DNA of 63,975 nucleotides from Simkaniaceae bacterium (GTDB lineage Bacteria; Chlamydiota; Chlamydiia; Chlamydiales; JAJFMI01): NCBI GenBank assembly GCA_040880145.1, contig JBBDIZ010000035.1, positions 1 to 63,975 of the forward strand, read 5' to 3'. Shown piece by piece: positions 10,263 to 19,092 of this stretch (position 1 is its first letter; each line of letters starts with the position of its first letter). The notes under the pieces were generated by a model. It saw only the letters and a program-made list of their open reading frames with translations, ran no database searches and was not told where the DNA came from. The position numbers and the translations under genes were made by a program.

Positions 10263-10786
10263 GGAGTAAACAAACTTTTGATTTTCCAGTCCGGATCTTG
10301 ATAAAAATGAATCAGCTCGCCATTATTGACATTGTAGGTCCACTCAATATCGAGATGATGCAAAAGCGCGTTAAAGATCCCTCCGTGAGCCACCACAAGA
10401 AAGGGCTCATGATTGTTCAAAAGCAACTCAGTTGCACGCTCTGTTCTACTTAAAAATTCTTTGAGTTCACGGTAGCTATGATCCTCTTTTAATGAGAAAT
10501 TAAGAGCCTCCATCTGAACCCAGGTATTCCACGAGCACTCTGAAAGTTCTTCGATAACATCATGAGGAGAAAAGTCGGCTTCATCGAGCAAAATACTTGC
10601 TGTTTGAATCACCCTTTTCATAGGGCTTCGACAAACTTTTCGAAACGAAATATCCGGAAAGTTTTCCTTAAGCCGTTTAATTTGACTGATCCCAATCTCA
10701 TTAAGAGGGACATGAGGATGATCTCCTCTTAAAAGCCCCGTGTTGACATCTGTTTGTCCATGTCTTACAAAATAAAATTCTTTCAT
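10259..10786 (-). CDS. histidine phosphatase family protein (phosphoglycerate-mutase-like)
   Basis: N-terminal FVRHGQTDVN (RHG motif) and a downstream VVAHGG motif. Confidence 0.8.
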   Translation of the reverse strand: MKEFYFVRHGQTDVNTGLLRGDHPHVPLNEIGISQIKRLKENFPDISFRKVCRSPMKRVIQTASILLDEADFSPHDVIEELSECSWNTWVQMEALNFSLKEDHSYRELKEFLSRTERATELLLNNHEPFLVVAHGGIFNALLHHLDIEWTYNVNNGELIHFYQDPDWKIKSLFTP

Positions 10787-10807
10787 ACCTGACCTTTTTA
10801 CCCATCA

Positions 10808-12154
10808 TTATACAAAAAAGAAAATGTTAATGTCTAAGTATTTGCGCACAAAAATAGAGCGTAAAACCCCTGAAAAAAGAATCGTCAACGATAAAGAGAG
10901 CGCTGCTCCTTCAATCCCGAATAAAGGAATCAGGATCAAACTCAAAAGTGTAATGACCGCTAGCTGCCAAAGAGAAATTTTAAAATTTAAAATGTGATGC
11001 CCGGAATAAATGAGCACAGGCATCGCAGAGCCTAAAGCCAATCCTGCTAGATAACCTACAAGAAGAATCAAAAGAGCCGGATAAGCCCCCTCGAACCCTT
11101 TACCAAAATGCTCTAACAGCCATTGACCAAAAAAGAGAATAAAAAGACTAATAATAAGTCCCGGAATCAACTTAAATAGATTCACAATATCAAGAATCGA
11201 TTGAAGATGGACTTTATTTTTGTGGACAAGACTGCTGATATGGGGATTAACAAAGATGTCCACAGCGAGGGCAAAAACCATAACGGAGCTTCCAATGACG
11301 ATAATTGAAGCAAAGTGCCCCACCATGCTTTCATTTTCACCAACCACCTCGATTAACATAATTTCAATTGCAGCTAACGCTGTATACCCCACAAAACTAC
11401 CAAGCATTTCAAAAGAGTGCTTAAACCAATTTTTCTTTAAAAATTTGGGCTCTACGTGATAAATCTCGTGCGGTAATTTATAGTAAATAGTCAGAATTTC
11501 AATCAAAATGATGACGAAATAGGCAATCCCAATGCAGAGCAGAATACTCCAAACGCGTTTATAAGCTCCAATCCAGGAATTCTCAAATAAAGACAGAAAA
11601 ATGACGATTGTTAAAATGATCATAAAAGATACAGCAAAACCTCGAAATGAAGCCGCCCAATAATAGCGCCTTAAGGTCTGCAGAATAGTCGCCAGCCACA
11701 CAATAAAAGCAAAGAGCGGGATCAACCAAAAAGAGAACAAAATAATATGATAAGTCTCGATATTATGATATCCAAATCTCTCTAGTATAAGCGCAAAGAC
11801 TGCAATTATAGCTCCAAGCAAAAGAATAAAGATTGTGGCCCAAACAAGAAGTCGTAAATTCCACCTCAAAAACCCCGAAGCATGCTCATAATCTTTTTCT
11901 TCAAAGTATTTAGGAAGATAGTGCATCATAGACAGTTCCGTGCCAATCAGTGCGAAAGGAAGAGAAAACATCAAAAGCTGAAAAACGATTGAAACATCTC
12001 CATAAAGGACAGGTTTTAAAAGATTCGCCAAGTAAATATTCAACGCATAGGTTGCAAAATAGGAGAGGATAATTAAAGCTAATATCACTCCATTCGAGCG
12101 AAGGAGTCCTGCAATAAGATACAGATCTTTTTTTAGATAAGTTTTGAGCTTCAT
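10808..12154 (-). CDS. polytopic membrane protein, oligosaccharide flippase (Wzx/MOP-superfamily)-like
   Basis: About 12-14 TM segments. The ORF track start at 12205 overlaps the divergent gene, so the ATG at 12154 (MKLKTYLKK) is preferred. The family call is tentative. Confidence 0.45.
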   Translation of the reverse strand: MKLKTYLKKDLYLIAGLLRSNGVILALIILSYFATYALNIYLANLLKPVLYGDVSIVFQLLMFSLPFALIGTELSMMHYLPKYFEEKDYEHASGFLRWNLRLLVWATIFILLLGAIIAVFALILERFGYHNIETYHIILFSFWLIPLFAFIVWLATILQTLRRYYWAASFRGFAVSFMIILTIVIFLSLFENSWIGAYKRVWSILLCIGIAYFVIILIEILTIYYKLPHEIYHVEPKFLKKNWFKHSFEMLGSFVGYTALAAIEIMLIEVVGENESMVGHFASIIVIGSSVMVFALAVDIFVNPHISSLVHKNKVHLQSILDIVNLFKLIPGLIISLFILFFGQWLLEHFGKGFEGAYPALLILLVGYLAGLALGSAMPVLIYSGHHILNFKISLWQLAVITLLSLILIPLFGIEGAALSLSLTILFSGVLRSIFVRKYLDINIFFFV

Positions 12155-12192
12155 ATTTTTATTTTTATAGATGAAAGAAGGAGATTTTTTCA

Positions 12193-13128
12193 ATGAAATA
12201 TCCAATAATTGATTTACACTGTGATCTTCTCTCCTACTTAGCAGCAGATCAAAGTCGAACTCCCTACGATACTCAAGTTCCCTGCAACCTTTCTTTCTTA
12301 AGAAAAGGACAGGTCCAGATCCAAACGATGGCCCTTTTTACCGAAACAGGGAAACGCTCCAATGAACTTGGAGACAAACAAGCCCAAATCTATGAAAAAC
12401 TAAAAGAAAGCGCCGCCTCTGCACTTGGATTGATTCCCGCCATTGAAAATGCCTCAACACTCGCCTGTGAAGAAACTCCCCTCTCAGAAGCTTTAGACAA
12501 ACTGGAAAAGTGGCATACAAAAATAGGCCCTTTTCTCTACCTAAGTCTAACCTGGAATGGAGAGAATCGCTTTGGGGGAGGCACGCACACAAAAATAGGC
12601 CTCAAAGAAGAGGGGAAATGCTTACTTGAAAAAATGGAGGAGCTCAAAATTGCCATTGATTTGAGTCACGCCTGCGACTACCTAGCATTCGATATCATTA
12701 ACTTCCGTGAGAAAAAAGGCTTTTCAACCCCCTTAATCGCGAGCCACTCAAACTTTCGAGACGTCATTCCTATGGAGCGAAATTTAAAAAAAGAATTCGC
12801 CTTAGCCATCAAAGAAGCAAAAGGTTTAATCGGGCTCAATCTCTTTGTTCCCTTCTTAGGTCCATCCACCTCATTTATTACAAAGCACATTGAAAAAGCT
12901 CTTCAATTGAATCTCGAAGATTGCCTCGCAATCGGCGCTGACTATTTTTATATGGAAAATGCCTCTACCCTGCTCAAGACCTACCCTATTAAAAATCCCT
13001 ACCCAAAAGAAGTGGAAAACGCAAGCCTTTATCAAAACCTAATCCCCTATCTCCCCCCTTCTCTTGCCCTGAAAATCACATCTTTAAATGCTCAAAACTT
13101 TTTATACCGAAACAACTTCAAGAATTGA
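12193..13128 (+). CDS. membrane dipeptidase (peptidase M19 family)
   Basis: IIDLHCDLL at the N-terminus, plus IDLSHA and IASHSNFR motifs. The last 8 codons (YRNNFKN) and the stop are encoded by the family C palindrome. Confidence 0.7.
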   Translation: MKYPIIDLHCDLLSYLAADQSRTPYDTQVPCNLSFLRKGQVQIQTMALFTETGKRSNELGDKQAQIYEKLKESAASALGLIPAIENASTLACEETPLSEALDKLEKWHTKIGPFLYLSLTWNGENRFGGGTHTKIGLKEEGKCLLEKMEELKIAIDLSHACDYLAFDIINFREKKGFSTPLIASHSNFRDVIPMERNLKKEFALAIKEAKGLIGLNLFVPFLGPSTSFITKHIEKALQLNLEDCLAIGADYFYMENASTLLKTYPIKNPYPKEVENASLYQNLIPYLPPSLALKITSLNAQNFLYRNNFKN

Positions 13129-13177
13129 GTTTTCGCCGACGCGTCGGCAAAAACCGATTTTTGAAGTCGTTTCGGTA
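13105..13177. repeat. palindromic repeat, family C (full, imperfect copy)
   Basis: TACCGAAACAACTTCAAGAATTGAGTTTTCGCCGAC-GC-GTCGGCAAAAACCGATTTTTGAAGTCGTTTCGGTA. Confidence 0.85.
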
Positions 13178-13261
13178 CAAGCCGCTAATCTTTACAATTC
13201 GACAATAATTGACGACTCATGTTAATATCTATACCTCTCATCATACAATGAGGTATTAAAT

Positions 13262-13864
13262 ATGAGAAATAGAACAATTATTACAGCAATTATTACATTA
13301 TTTATTAGTGGAATCTCTGCACAGGAAAAGCAAATTGAACCTGCTCCTTCAACAGACAAAGACGTTCAAGTGAAAATCACAGATCGATTTGTAAAAAATC
13401 ATTTTGGCTATGTGGACCTCGGTGTAGGCCCCCTTCCTCTACCCCTGCCCCAATTTGGCGCCGGGTATCGAAGCCAATTTCAAAGACTTGGAGCTGACGT
13501 TCATGTGAGCGCCCTTCCTCTTCTTACACATGCCACGGTCTTAAAAGGTTCTTTCAACCTTCTTTACTACTTCAAACCCGACCTTGAAAAACAGTACTAT
13601 GTTGGAATCGGTCCTGAAGTTGGTGCCTATTTTGAACATGAAAAATGGTCTTTTAAAGCTATAGACTCTCATAGAGGATTTTATATAGCCCCAAATCTTA
13701 CACTTGGCAAGGAATATACTTCAGACACAGGTGCAAGACGCTTCCTTCAAACAGCAATTGTCTTCCCGGCTTACTGGAATTCAGAAAAACGCTATAAAAA
13801 AGGGAAAGAAGGTCGAGTTGCGACCTACCCATTCGTAACGATTTCCTATGGTTGGGGCTTCTAA
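13262..13864 (+). CDS. hypothetical exported protein, possibly a small outer-membrane beta-barrel
   Basis: Signal peptide (ITAIITLFISGISAQE), alternating hydrophobic pattern, and a C-terminal YGWGF. Confidence 0.4.
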   Translation: MRNRTIITAIITLFISGISAQEKQIEPAPSTDKDVQVKITDRFVKNHFGYVDLGVGPLPLPLPQFGAGYRSQFQRLGADVHVSALPLLTHATVLKGSFNLLYYFKPDLEKQYYVGIGPEVGAYFEHEKWSFKAIDSHRGFYIAPNLTLGKEYTSDTGARRFLQTAIVFPAYWNSEKRYKKGKEGRVATYPFVTISYGWGF

Positions 13865-13870
13865 ACAAAA

Positions 13871-13897
13871 AAAGCCCTTCTTTAAGAAGGGTTTTTT
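13871..13897. terminator. bidirectional hairpin terminator between convergent genes
   Basis: Hairpin CCCTTCT-TTA-AGAAGGG is flanked by an A-run and a T-run. It contains the stop codon of the carbonic anhydrase gene. Confidence 0.6.
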
Positions 13898-14508
13898 AAT
13901 ATCTCCACTTCACCCGTATTAAAATGATAATAAGCCGGATAAACAGCCAGTTTATCCGCTTTTATCTCCTTGTCAAGAATTGAAGATTGCATAATAAAAC
14001 GGCTCATTGTCTCTGCATTCAGCTCTATTGCTCTCTTAAGCAACTGATTCGATCCCTCGGCTTTAGCCTTCACAACAGATGATTTAATTAGCTGCGCAAT
14101 AAACCGGATATCATCGGTTTCACCCTGAACGACCGCATTAACCGCTCCGCAATTTTCATGACCCATCACGAAAACTAAAGAAGAGCCTAAATACTTAACT
14201 GCATACTCAATACTCTCCATTTCTAAGGGGCCTAATACATTCCCCGCAACTCGAACTACGAAGAGATCTCCAATCCCCTGATCAAAAAGAAGCTCAGGAG
14301 CCACTCGTGAATCCGAGCATGCAACAATGACTGCAAACGGGGCTTGCACTTGTTTTAACTCTTTTCTCTTCATTAGATTTTGTGATTGTGATTTATTTTT
14401 TTGAAAGCGTTGATTACCCGCTTTTAACTTCTCCAAGGCCTCGCTTGGAGTTGTTGCACATAAATTAGCTACCAAAAAAAACAAAGAAAAAAAAGAAAAC
14501 ATTTTCAT
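13882..14508 (-). CDS. beta-class carbonic anhydrase with signal peptide
   Basis: CSDSRV and HENCGA zinc-ligand motifs. The N-terminus is hydrophobic (MKMFSFFSLFFLVANLCA). Confidence 0.9.
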   Translation of the reverse strand: MKMFSFFSLFFLVANLCATTPSEALEKLKAGNQRFQKNKSQSQNLMKRKELKQVQAPFAVIVACSDSRVAPELLFDQGIGDLFVVRVAGNVLGPLEMESIEYAVKYLGSSLVFVMGHENCGAVNAVVQGETDDIRFIAQLIKSSVVKAKAEGSNQLLKRAIELNAETMSRFIMQSSILDKEIKADKLAVYPAYYHFNTGEVEILKNPS

Positions 14509-14639
14509 AATAAACCTCTAATCCAGCTAAAAATTTAAGTTTTGGATCAGAGGTAAAAAAAAGACAAGCCTAATTATTCCTTCTTGCAAGTTTTACCAGT
14601 GTTTGATTATCATCTCATTAAAATCTCAAGGCATAAATC

Positions 14640-15623
14640 ATGAAAAAATTATTAATACTCTCATGTGCGGTTTCACTTACTTTACCTTCTTCTCTTTTTC
14701 CCGACATGGAGATTCCCGAAGAACTTTCCATTCAGCAGCCTACGCTCTCTTATGAAGAGCCTATGATCAGAGAAGACTCTATCGGGGACTCACCTTTTGA
14801 ACTAATGAAGCCTGAAAAAAGTACCTTTCTTACAGTGGGCCTTTCAGCCCTTTATCCGGGGCTCGGCCATGCCTACCTAGGTGAGATGGGAGAAGCAAGC
14901 ATGCTAGCCGGAAGCTATACAAGCGGAGTAGTCGCTATGCAGCAACTCTCCCTTTCTCAAGATGGTTATATAGGAGCATTTGAAGCTGCCATGACCGCCT
15001 GGTCTTACGGAATGTATGCCTCTTATCGCGACGTAAGAAATTATAATGAAAACCGAATCTATACCTATGACATGCCCCAAGACTCATTTGCAGGAATCTC
15101 TCTTGCATCCGTGAATCCAAAGATTTTAAAGAAATTCGAAGTCTGGGGAGGTGTAGTAGGCGCCTTGATCGCAGGAGCGACCATCACGAATCTCAGCTTT
15201 TCTGATAAAGCAACAGCTCTGACATGCAGCAGCACAAACAACATCCACCCTCTCTTTGCCTTTCCAACCGGAATCTCTGAAGAGGCTTTTTTTCGAGGCT
15301 TCTTGCAATCCTCTATCTCTGAAATTAGCAACAACCCCGTCATCGGAATCATCGGCTCTTCCTTACTCTTTGGAGCCGCGCATATCGCAAATGCCGGCGC
15401 CCTTGAACCCGAATACCGCACACGCTACTACACGGTCTCCCTACCCTTTATCACAGCACTTGGTGCCTACTTTGGACTATTAACCTACAAAAACAAATCC
15501 CTAAAAGAGGCCGTTGCTGTCCATGCTTGGTATGATTTTGTTCTGTTTTTAGCTTCAAGAGCTGTAACAGAAGCTAAAATCAATCACCGTCCGGTAACTT
15601 ACCAAATATCATTTGATTTCTAA
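14640..15623 (+). CDS. CPBP-family intramembrane glutamic endopeptidase (CAAX protease/Abi-like)
   Basis: EEAFFRGFLQ, FGAAHI and HAWYDF motifs. Confidence 0.8.
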   Translation: MKKLLILSCAVSLTLPSSLFPDMEIPEELSIQQPTLSYEEPMIREDSIGDSPFELMKPEKSTFLTVGLSALYPGLGHAYLGEMGEASMLAGSYTSGVVAMQQLSLSQDGYIGAFEAAMTAWSYGMYASYRDVRNYNENRIYTYDMPQDSFAGISLASVNPKILKKFEVWGGVVGALIAGATITNLSFSDKATALTCSSTNNIHPLFAFPTGISEEAFFRGFLQSSISEISNNPVIGIIGSSLLFGAAHIANAGALEPEYRTRYYTVSLPFITALGAYFGLLTYKNKSLKEAVAVHAWYDFVLFLASRAVTEAKINHRPVTYQISFDF

Positions 15624-15649
15624 AACCCAAGTTAGCGATAGAGCAATCG

Positions 15650-16321
15650 CTACACTCCTGTAGGAAAAGTGAAAATATAAGATGAAATTAGATAAAAGTG
15701 TGCAAAGCTGCCAGCTAAAACAAACAAATGCCAAATGGCGTGAAAGTAGTGATATTTCTTATCTAGAGCAAAAAATATAACTCCGCCTGTATAAAAGACT
15801 CCACCGGTAAACAGCCATACCAAAGCATGAAATGGAAGACTCGCAACAAGCGGCTTAATAACAAAGATAATAAGCCATCCCATTAATAGATAAAAAATGC
15901 AGGAAAGCGCCTCATACTTATGTCCATAAATGGCTTTAAAAGTGACACCAATAACGCACATAGAAGACTCAATCCCAAACAAAATCCACCCTGCCTTTCC
16001 CTTTAAGACAAGCAAAACAATCGGCATATATGTCCCGGAAATAAGTAGGTAAATGCTGATATGATCGAGTCTCTGCAGGAGTTTTTTAGCCTGATTACGA
16101 CAAAGATGATAGAGTGTAGAAGTTGTATACACGGCTACTAAAGAGACGCCATAGAAAACAGAGCTTGCAACATGCAAGACCCCTCCGTTTTTGATAACAT
16201 CATATATCAAATACACGCACCCAAACAGACTGAGGATAAAACCAATGCCATGTGTTACAACATTCGCAATTTCTTCTTTATGTGTTTGAGAGGTGCACTC
16301 TTTTTCAATTTTTTGGAGCAT
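15650..16321 (-). CDS. hemolysin III / PAQR-family membrane protein
   Basis: 7-TM layout with N-terminal EEIANVVTHGIGF, LDHISIYLLISGTY and a C-terminal HAIWHLFVLAGS. Confidence 0.85.
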   Translation of the reverse strand: MLQKIEKECTSQTHKEEIANVVTHGIGFILSLFGCVYLIYDVIKNGGVLHVASSVFYGVSLVAVYTTSTLYHLCRNQAKKLLQRLDHISIYLLISGTYMPIVLLVLKGKAGWILFGIESSMCVIGVTFKAIYGHKYEALSCIFYLLMGWLIIFVIKPLVASLPFHALVWLFTGGVFYTGGVIFFALDKKYHYFHAIWHLFVLAGSFAHFYLISSYIFTFPTGV

Positions 16322-16392
16322 AATACATAATAATTAAACAAATATCCTTGAAAAGACAAGAAAAAAAACAAATATCCTATATAATATTCCTG

Positions 16393-16430
16393 TATATCGA
16401 AACAACTTCAATAGTTAGATTTTCGGTTTT
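16393..16430. repeat. family C-related repeat abutting the transposase remnant
   Basis: TATATCGAAACAACTTCAATAGTTAGATTTTCGGTTTT resembles one arm of family C. It overlaps the last codons and stop of the transposase ORF. Confidence 0.6.
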
Positions 16431-17068
16431 GTACACTCTACCTCTGGATAGCGAGTGAAGAGAAAGAGCTTGTGAAACTGAGTCAGCAGACGATCTGCAA
16501 AGCTCGAAAAAACCTCTGAACCGTTTGCCAATGCATCATACAAAATATCCTGCAGCCTCTTCTTGCGATAATAGACATGCTGTTGCATTGTCTTACGACA
16601 AGACATACGACACGCTTTGAAAATCTCCTTTAACTCAAAGAGAGCTCTATCGCCAATCTCTTTGTCAGGACTCGCTCTTTCAGAGAATTCTTGAAGTCTC
16701 TTGATATGTGCCAGACAATATTGATGCCTTCGATAGGCATAGACTTGATAGCGGTCCGTAACAGTAATACCGGGATGATTTCTTGGACGGATCGCATTCA
16801 AACTCTCAAAGTTTCTCCTTGGGAGAATACGTATTAAAGCTTCTTGTTTGGTCGTAGCTGTCCAAACATAGTGTGTTTTAGCACACTGCCGAAAACTCGT
16901 CTTATCGACATAGTAGGCTACTTGCCTTTCATTAATCTTATCAGCAAGAGCCTCGTAGAAAGGTTTCAAACCCTTTGAAACTTTTCTTTCCATCGCTGGG
17001 ATACTGCCTAAAGAAATCTCGATGTTACAAAGGGTCTCAAGAAGAGTTTGTACGGTGCGTTTGCTCAT
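16415..17068 (-). pseudogene. DDE transposase remnant, IS66-family-like, truncated
   Basis: 217 aa, against about 450-500 aa for intact enzymes. Motifs are VDKTSF, HYVWTATT, TVTDRYQVY and QYCLAHIKR (compare IS66 DET, YLWV, TDGY, CWAHxRR). No matching second end or target duplication was seen. Confidence 0.55.
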
Positions 17069-17184
17069 CCTATAAACGGAGCTGCACGTACCAATGAAAA
17101 CATAAACCTTCTAAAAATTTAAAACAAAAACCCACTTTACCTTATTGGGTGTTTGTATTAAATTAAAGAAATCAAGAGATCACT

Positions 17185-17784
17185 ATGAAAAAATCAAAAG
17201 CCCTTAAGGCTATTCACCAACTTCTGACTCGCCCCTCCTTCACTGCAGTTGAGGCTAAAAAATTGGGGGTTTCTTCTGCTCTTCTAGGATATTATGTTAA
17301 GACTGGGCAAATTCAACGTCTGGGAAGAGGCATTTATCAAGGGATTGACTACCGAAGCACTCCAAAAAATTTTAGATGGGAGGATCTTATCGATGCTGTG
17401 AATTCAGTCCCAGGCGGGGTGATCTGTCTGATTTCAGCACTAGCCATTTATGAAATTACCGAAGAAATCCCCAGACAGTATTGGATTGCAGTATCCCATA
17501 GCACATCAATAAGCCGGGGAACTAGCGTTAAAATAGTCCGATTCCGAAACATGAACCTCGGCAGGACAACAATAGACCTTGAAGGCATTCAGATACCTAT
17601 ATTTGATCGCGAACGTACAATCATCGACGCTTTTCGGCTCTTAAGCCAAGAAACAGCAATCAAAGCTTTAAAAATAGCCCTATCGTCTAAAAGCAATGTG
17701 CGCCTAGATTTGCGGAAATTGCAAACGTATGCTAAAAAGCTTAGATTTAATATTTCACCCTATCTTATTTCAGCAACAACATGA
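17185..17784 (+). CDS. AbiEi-family antitoxin (type IV toxin-antitoxin)
   Basis: N-terminal FTAVEAKKLGVSSALLGYYVKTGQIQRLGRGIYQ is typical of the AbiEi_4 wHTH domain. A 4-nt ATGA overlap joins it to the downstream toxin fragment. Confidence 0.75.
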   Translation: MKKSKALKAIHQLLTRPSFTAVEAKKLGVSSALLGYYVKTGQIQRLGRGIYQGIDYRSTPKNFRWEDLIDAVNSVPGGVICLISALAIYEITEEIPRQYWIAVSHSTSISRGTSVKIVRFRNMNLGRTTIDLEGIQIPIFDRERTIIDAFRLLSQETAIKALKIALSSKSNVRLDLRKLQTYAKKLRFNISPYLISATT

Positions 17785-18002
17785 ATGAGCAAGCATTAAA
17801 AGACCGAATTAAGACCATTGCAAGGGAAAAAGGAATTCAATTCAATGAATGTTGGAAAAAACTCCTTCTAGAGCGATTCTTACTGCGCTTATCCCGATCT
17901 AATCATGACAGAAATTTTATCTTTAAGGGCGGCTTTCTCTTGGCCTACATGATGGAAATAGGGAGGGAAACGGTTGATCTCGATTTTCCACTTACAGAGT
18001 AA
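17781..18002 (+). pseudogene. AbiEii/AbiGii nucleotidyltransferase toxin, N-terminal fragment only
   Basis: 73 aa. LLERFLLRLSRS, FIFKGGFLL and RETVDLDF match the start of DUF1814/AbiEii toxins (about 250-300 aa when intact). The ORF stops right after the DLDF motif. Confidence 0.7.
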
Positions 18003-18040
18003 TCAAATTTCTAGCTTCACCAAAGCATAAGATTCTATCG

Positions 18041-18919
18041 CTATGATGCTTTTTTTGCTGTGAATTCAATTGCAACGAAACTATCCGCGCACATCCCATC
18101 TCGACGGAATGCCTTAACCTCTTTAAATCCATTCATCTCAAGCAACGGATAAATGATGGCTTCATCGGAGTATAAACTTGCTCCAATGTGTCTCATAAAC
18201 TTTGATATCATTTGATTTGGACATGAATTTTCAAAAAAAAGAGATCCAATAATTTCCCCATCCTCAATTAATGCTGCGTGGATCTTTTGAATTACTGAAA
18301 TTAAGTCAGTGGGTTGAATATAAGACAGTACATCGATAATTAGCACTTTATCAAATGCTTCATCGGAAAAAGGCTCTTTGTTAATATCGCCATGAATGAC
18401 TGTAGCATTTTGACCTCGACAAAATAGAATTTTTTTAAAGATATTGAGTACACTTTCATATTGATCAATGGCCACTATTTTCCAATTTTTTTCTAAACAA
18501 TGTAGAGCATTCCCTCCAACTCCAGAGCCAAGGTCTAATATCACTCCCCCCTCTTTTTCACACATCGGGATCTCTTTAACAAGGCGAGAAACACCTCCAC
18601 ACTCTTTAGCCATATTTTCTTTAAGTGTCTCAATAGAAGTTGACATAAGCTTGCCATCGATTAGAAAAGGAGCTGCGCTGTGGTAAGAATTGCTTTCTAA
18701 GGATATAACTTGATCTAAATAATCTGAATTCATTTCTTTGATCTCTACTGGAATACGCTGTAGGCATGGGGGAATGTCAAAAGGAATGGTTGTATAACGA
18801 ATGTTGTTGTCTTGATCTCTCTGAGCAAAAATTGGGTGGTATCCTTCTTCGCCCAGAGTATGGGTGATTTCAAATTCAGAAAGATTTGAACTATTAGGCA
18901 CTGTGAAAATATGACTCAT
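18041..18919 (-). CDS. class I SAM-dependent methyltransferase with ~110-aa N-terminal extension
   Basis: Motif I VILDLGSGVGGNA, followed by KIVAIDQ and HGDI. Confidence 0.75.
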   Translation of the reverse strand: MSHIFTVPNSSNLSEFEITHTLGEEGYHPIFAQRDQDNNIRYTTIPFDIPPCLQRIPVEIKEMNSDYLDQVISLESNSYHSAAPFLIDGKLMSTSIETLKENMAKECGGVSRLVKEIPMCEKEGGVILDLGSGVGGNALHCLEKNWKIVAIDQYESVLNIFKKILFCRGQNATVIHGDINKEPFSDEAFDKVLIIDVLSYIQPTDLISVIQKIHAALIEDGEIIGSLFFENSCPNQMISKFMRHIGASLYSDEAIIYPLLEMNGFKEVKAFRRDGMCADSFVAIEFTAKKAS

Positions 18920-18945
18920 TTTGTCTCCAAAAAATAGTGATCATT

Positions 18946-18978
18946 CCAAAAAAAAAATGCCCCTGCAATGAGGGGCAT
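18946..18978 (-). terminator. rho-independent terminator downstream of tRNA-Asn
   Basis: On the minus strand: ATGCCCCT-CATTGC-AGGGGCAT followed by T9. Confidence 0.7.
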
Positions 18979-18983
18979 TTTGT

Positions 18984-19056
18984 CTCCGGATGCTGGACTC
19001 GAACCAGCGACAAACGGATTAACAGTCCGCTGCTCTACCAACTGAGCTAATCCGGA
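18984..19056 (-). tRNA. tRNA-Asn (anticodon GTT)
   Basis: The reverse complement is TCCGGATTAGCTCAGTTGGTAGAGCAGCGGACTGTTAATCCGTTTGTCGCTGGTTCGAGTCCAGCATCCGGAG. It has a 7-bp acceptor stem, anticodon loop CT-GTT-AA, and T-loop TTCGAGT. The length is 73 nt and CCA is not encoded. Confidence 0.93.
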
Positions 19057-19092
19057 AAATGTAAACGGCAGTATATCCTAGAAAACCTTTTT

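Noticed and set aside
14526-14566. A hairpin (CCTCTAATCCA...TGGATCAGAGG) in the divergent promoter region between the carbonic anhydrase and CPBP protease genes, considered as a possible riboswitch or attenuator.
   Set aside because: It is a single imperfect stem with no conserved riboswitch features that I can recognise. It may just occlude the carbonic anhydrase gene RBS, and the evidence is insufficient.
16415-17068. An intact insertion sequence.
   Set aside because: The transposase ORF is less than half the expected length. Only one end-like repeat is present and no target duplication is visible, so it is called a remnant.
18917-18988. A 12-nt direct repeat CATTTTGTCTCC at 18917 and 18977, flanking the tRNA-Asn terminator, considered as a possible att-site remnant.
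   Set aside because: It is too short, includes only ~5 nt of the tRNA, and one copy is simply the methyltransferase start region. Chance or terminator-related similarity cannot be excluded.
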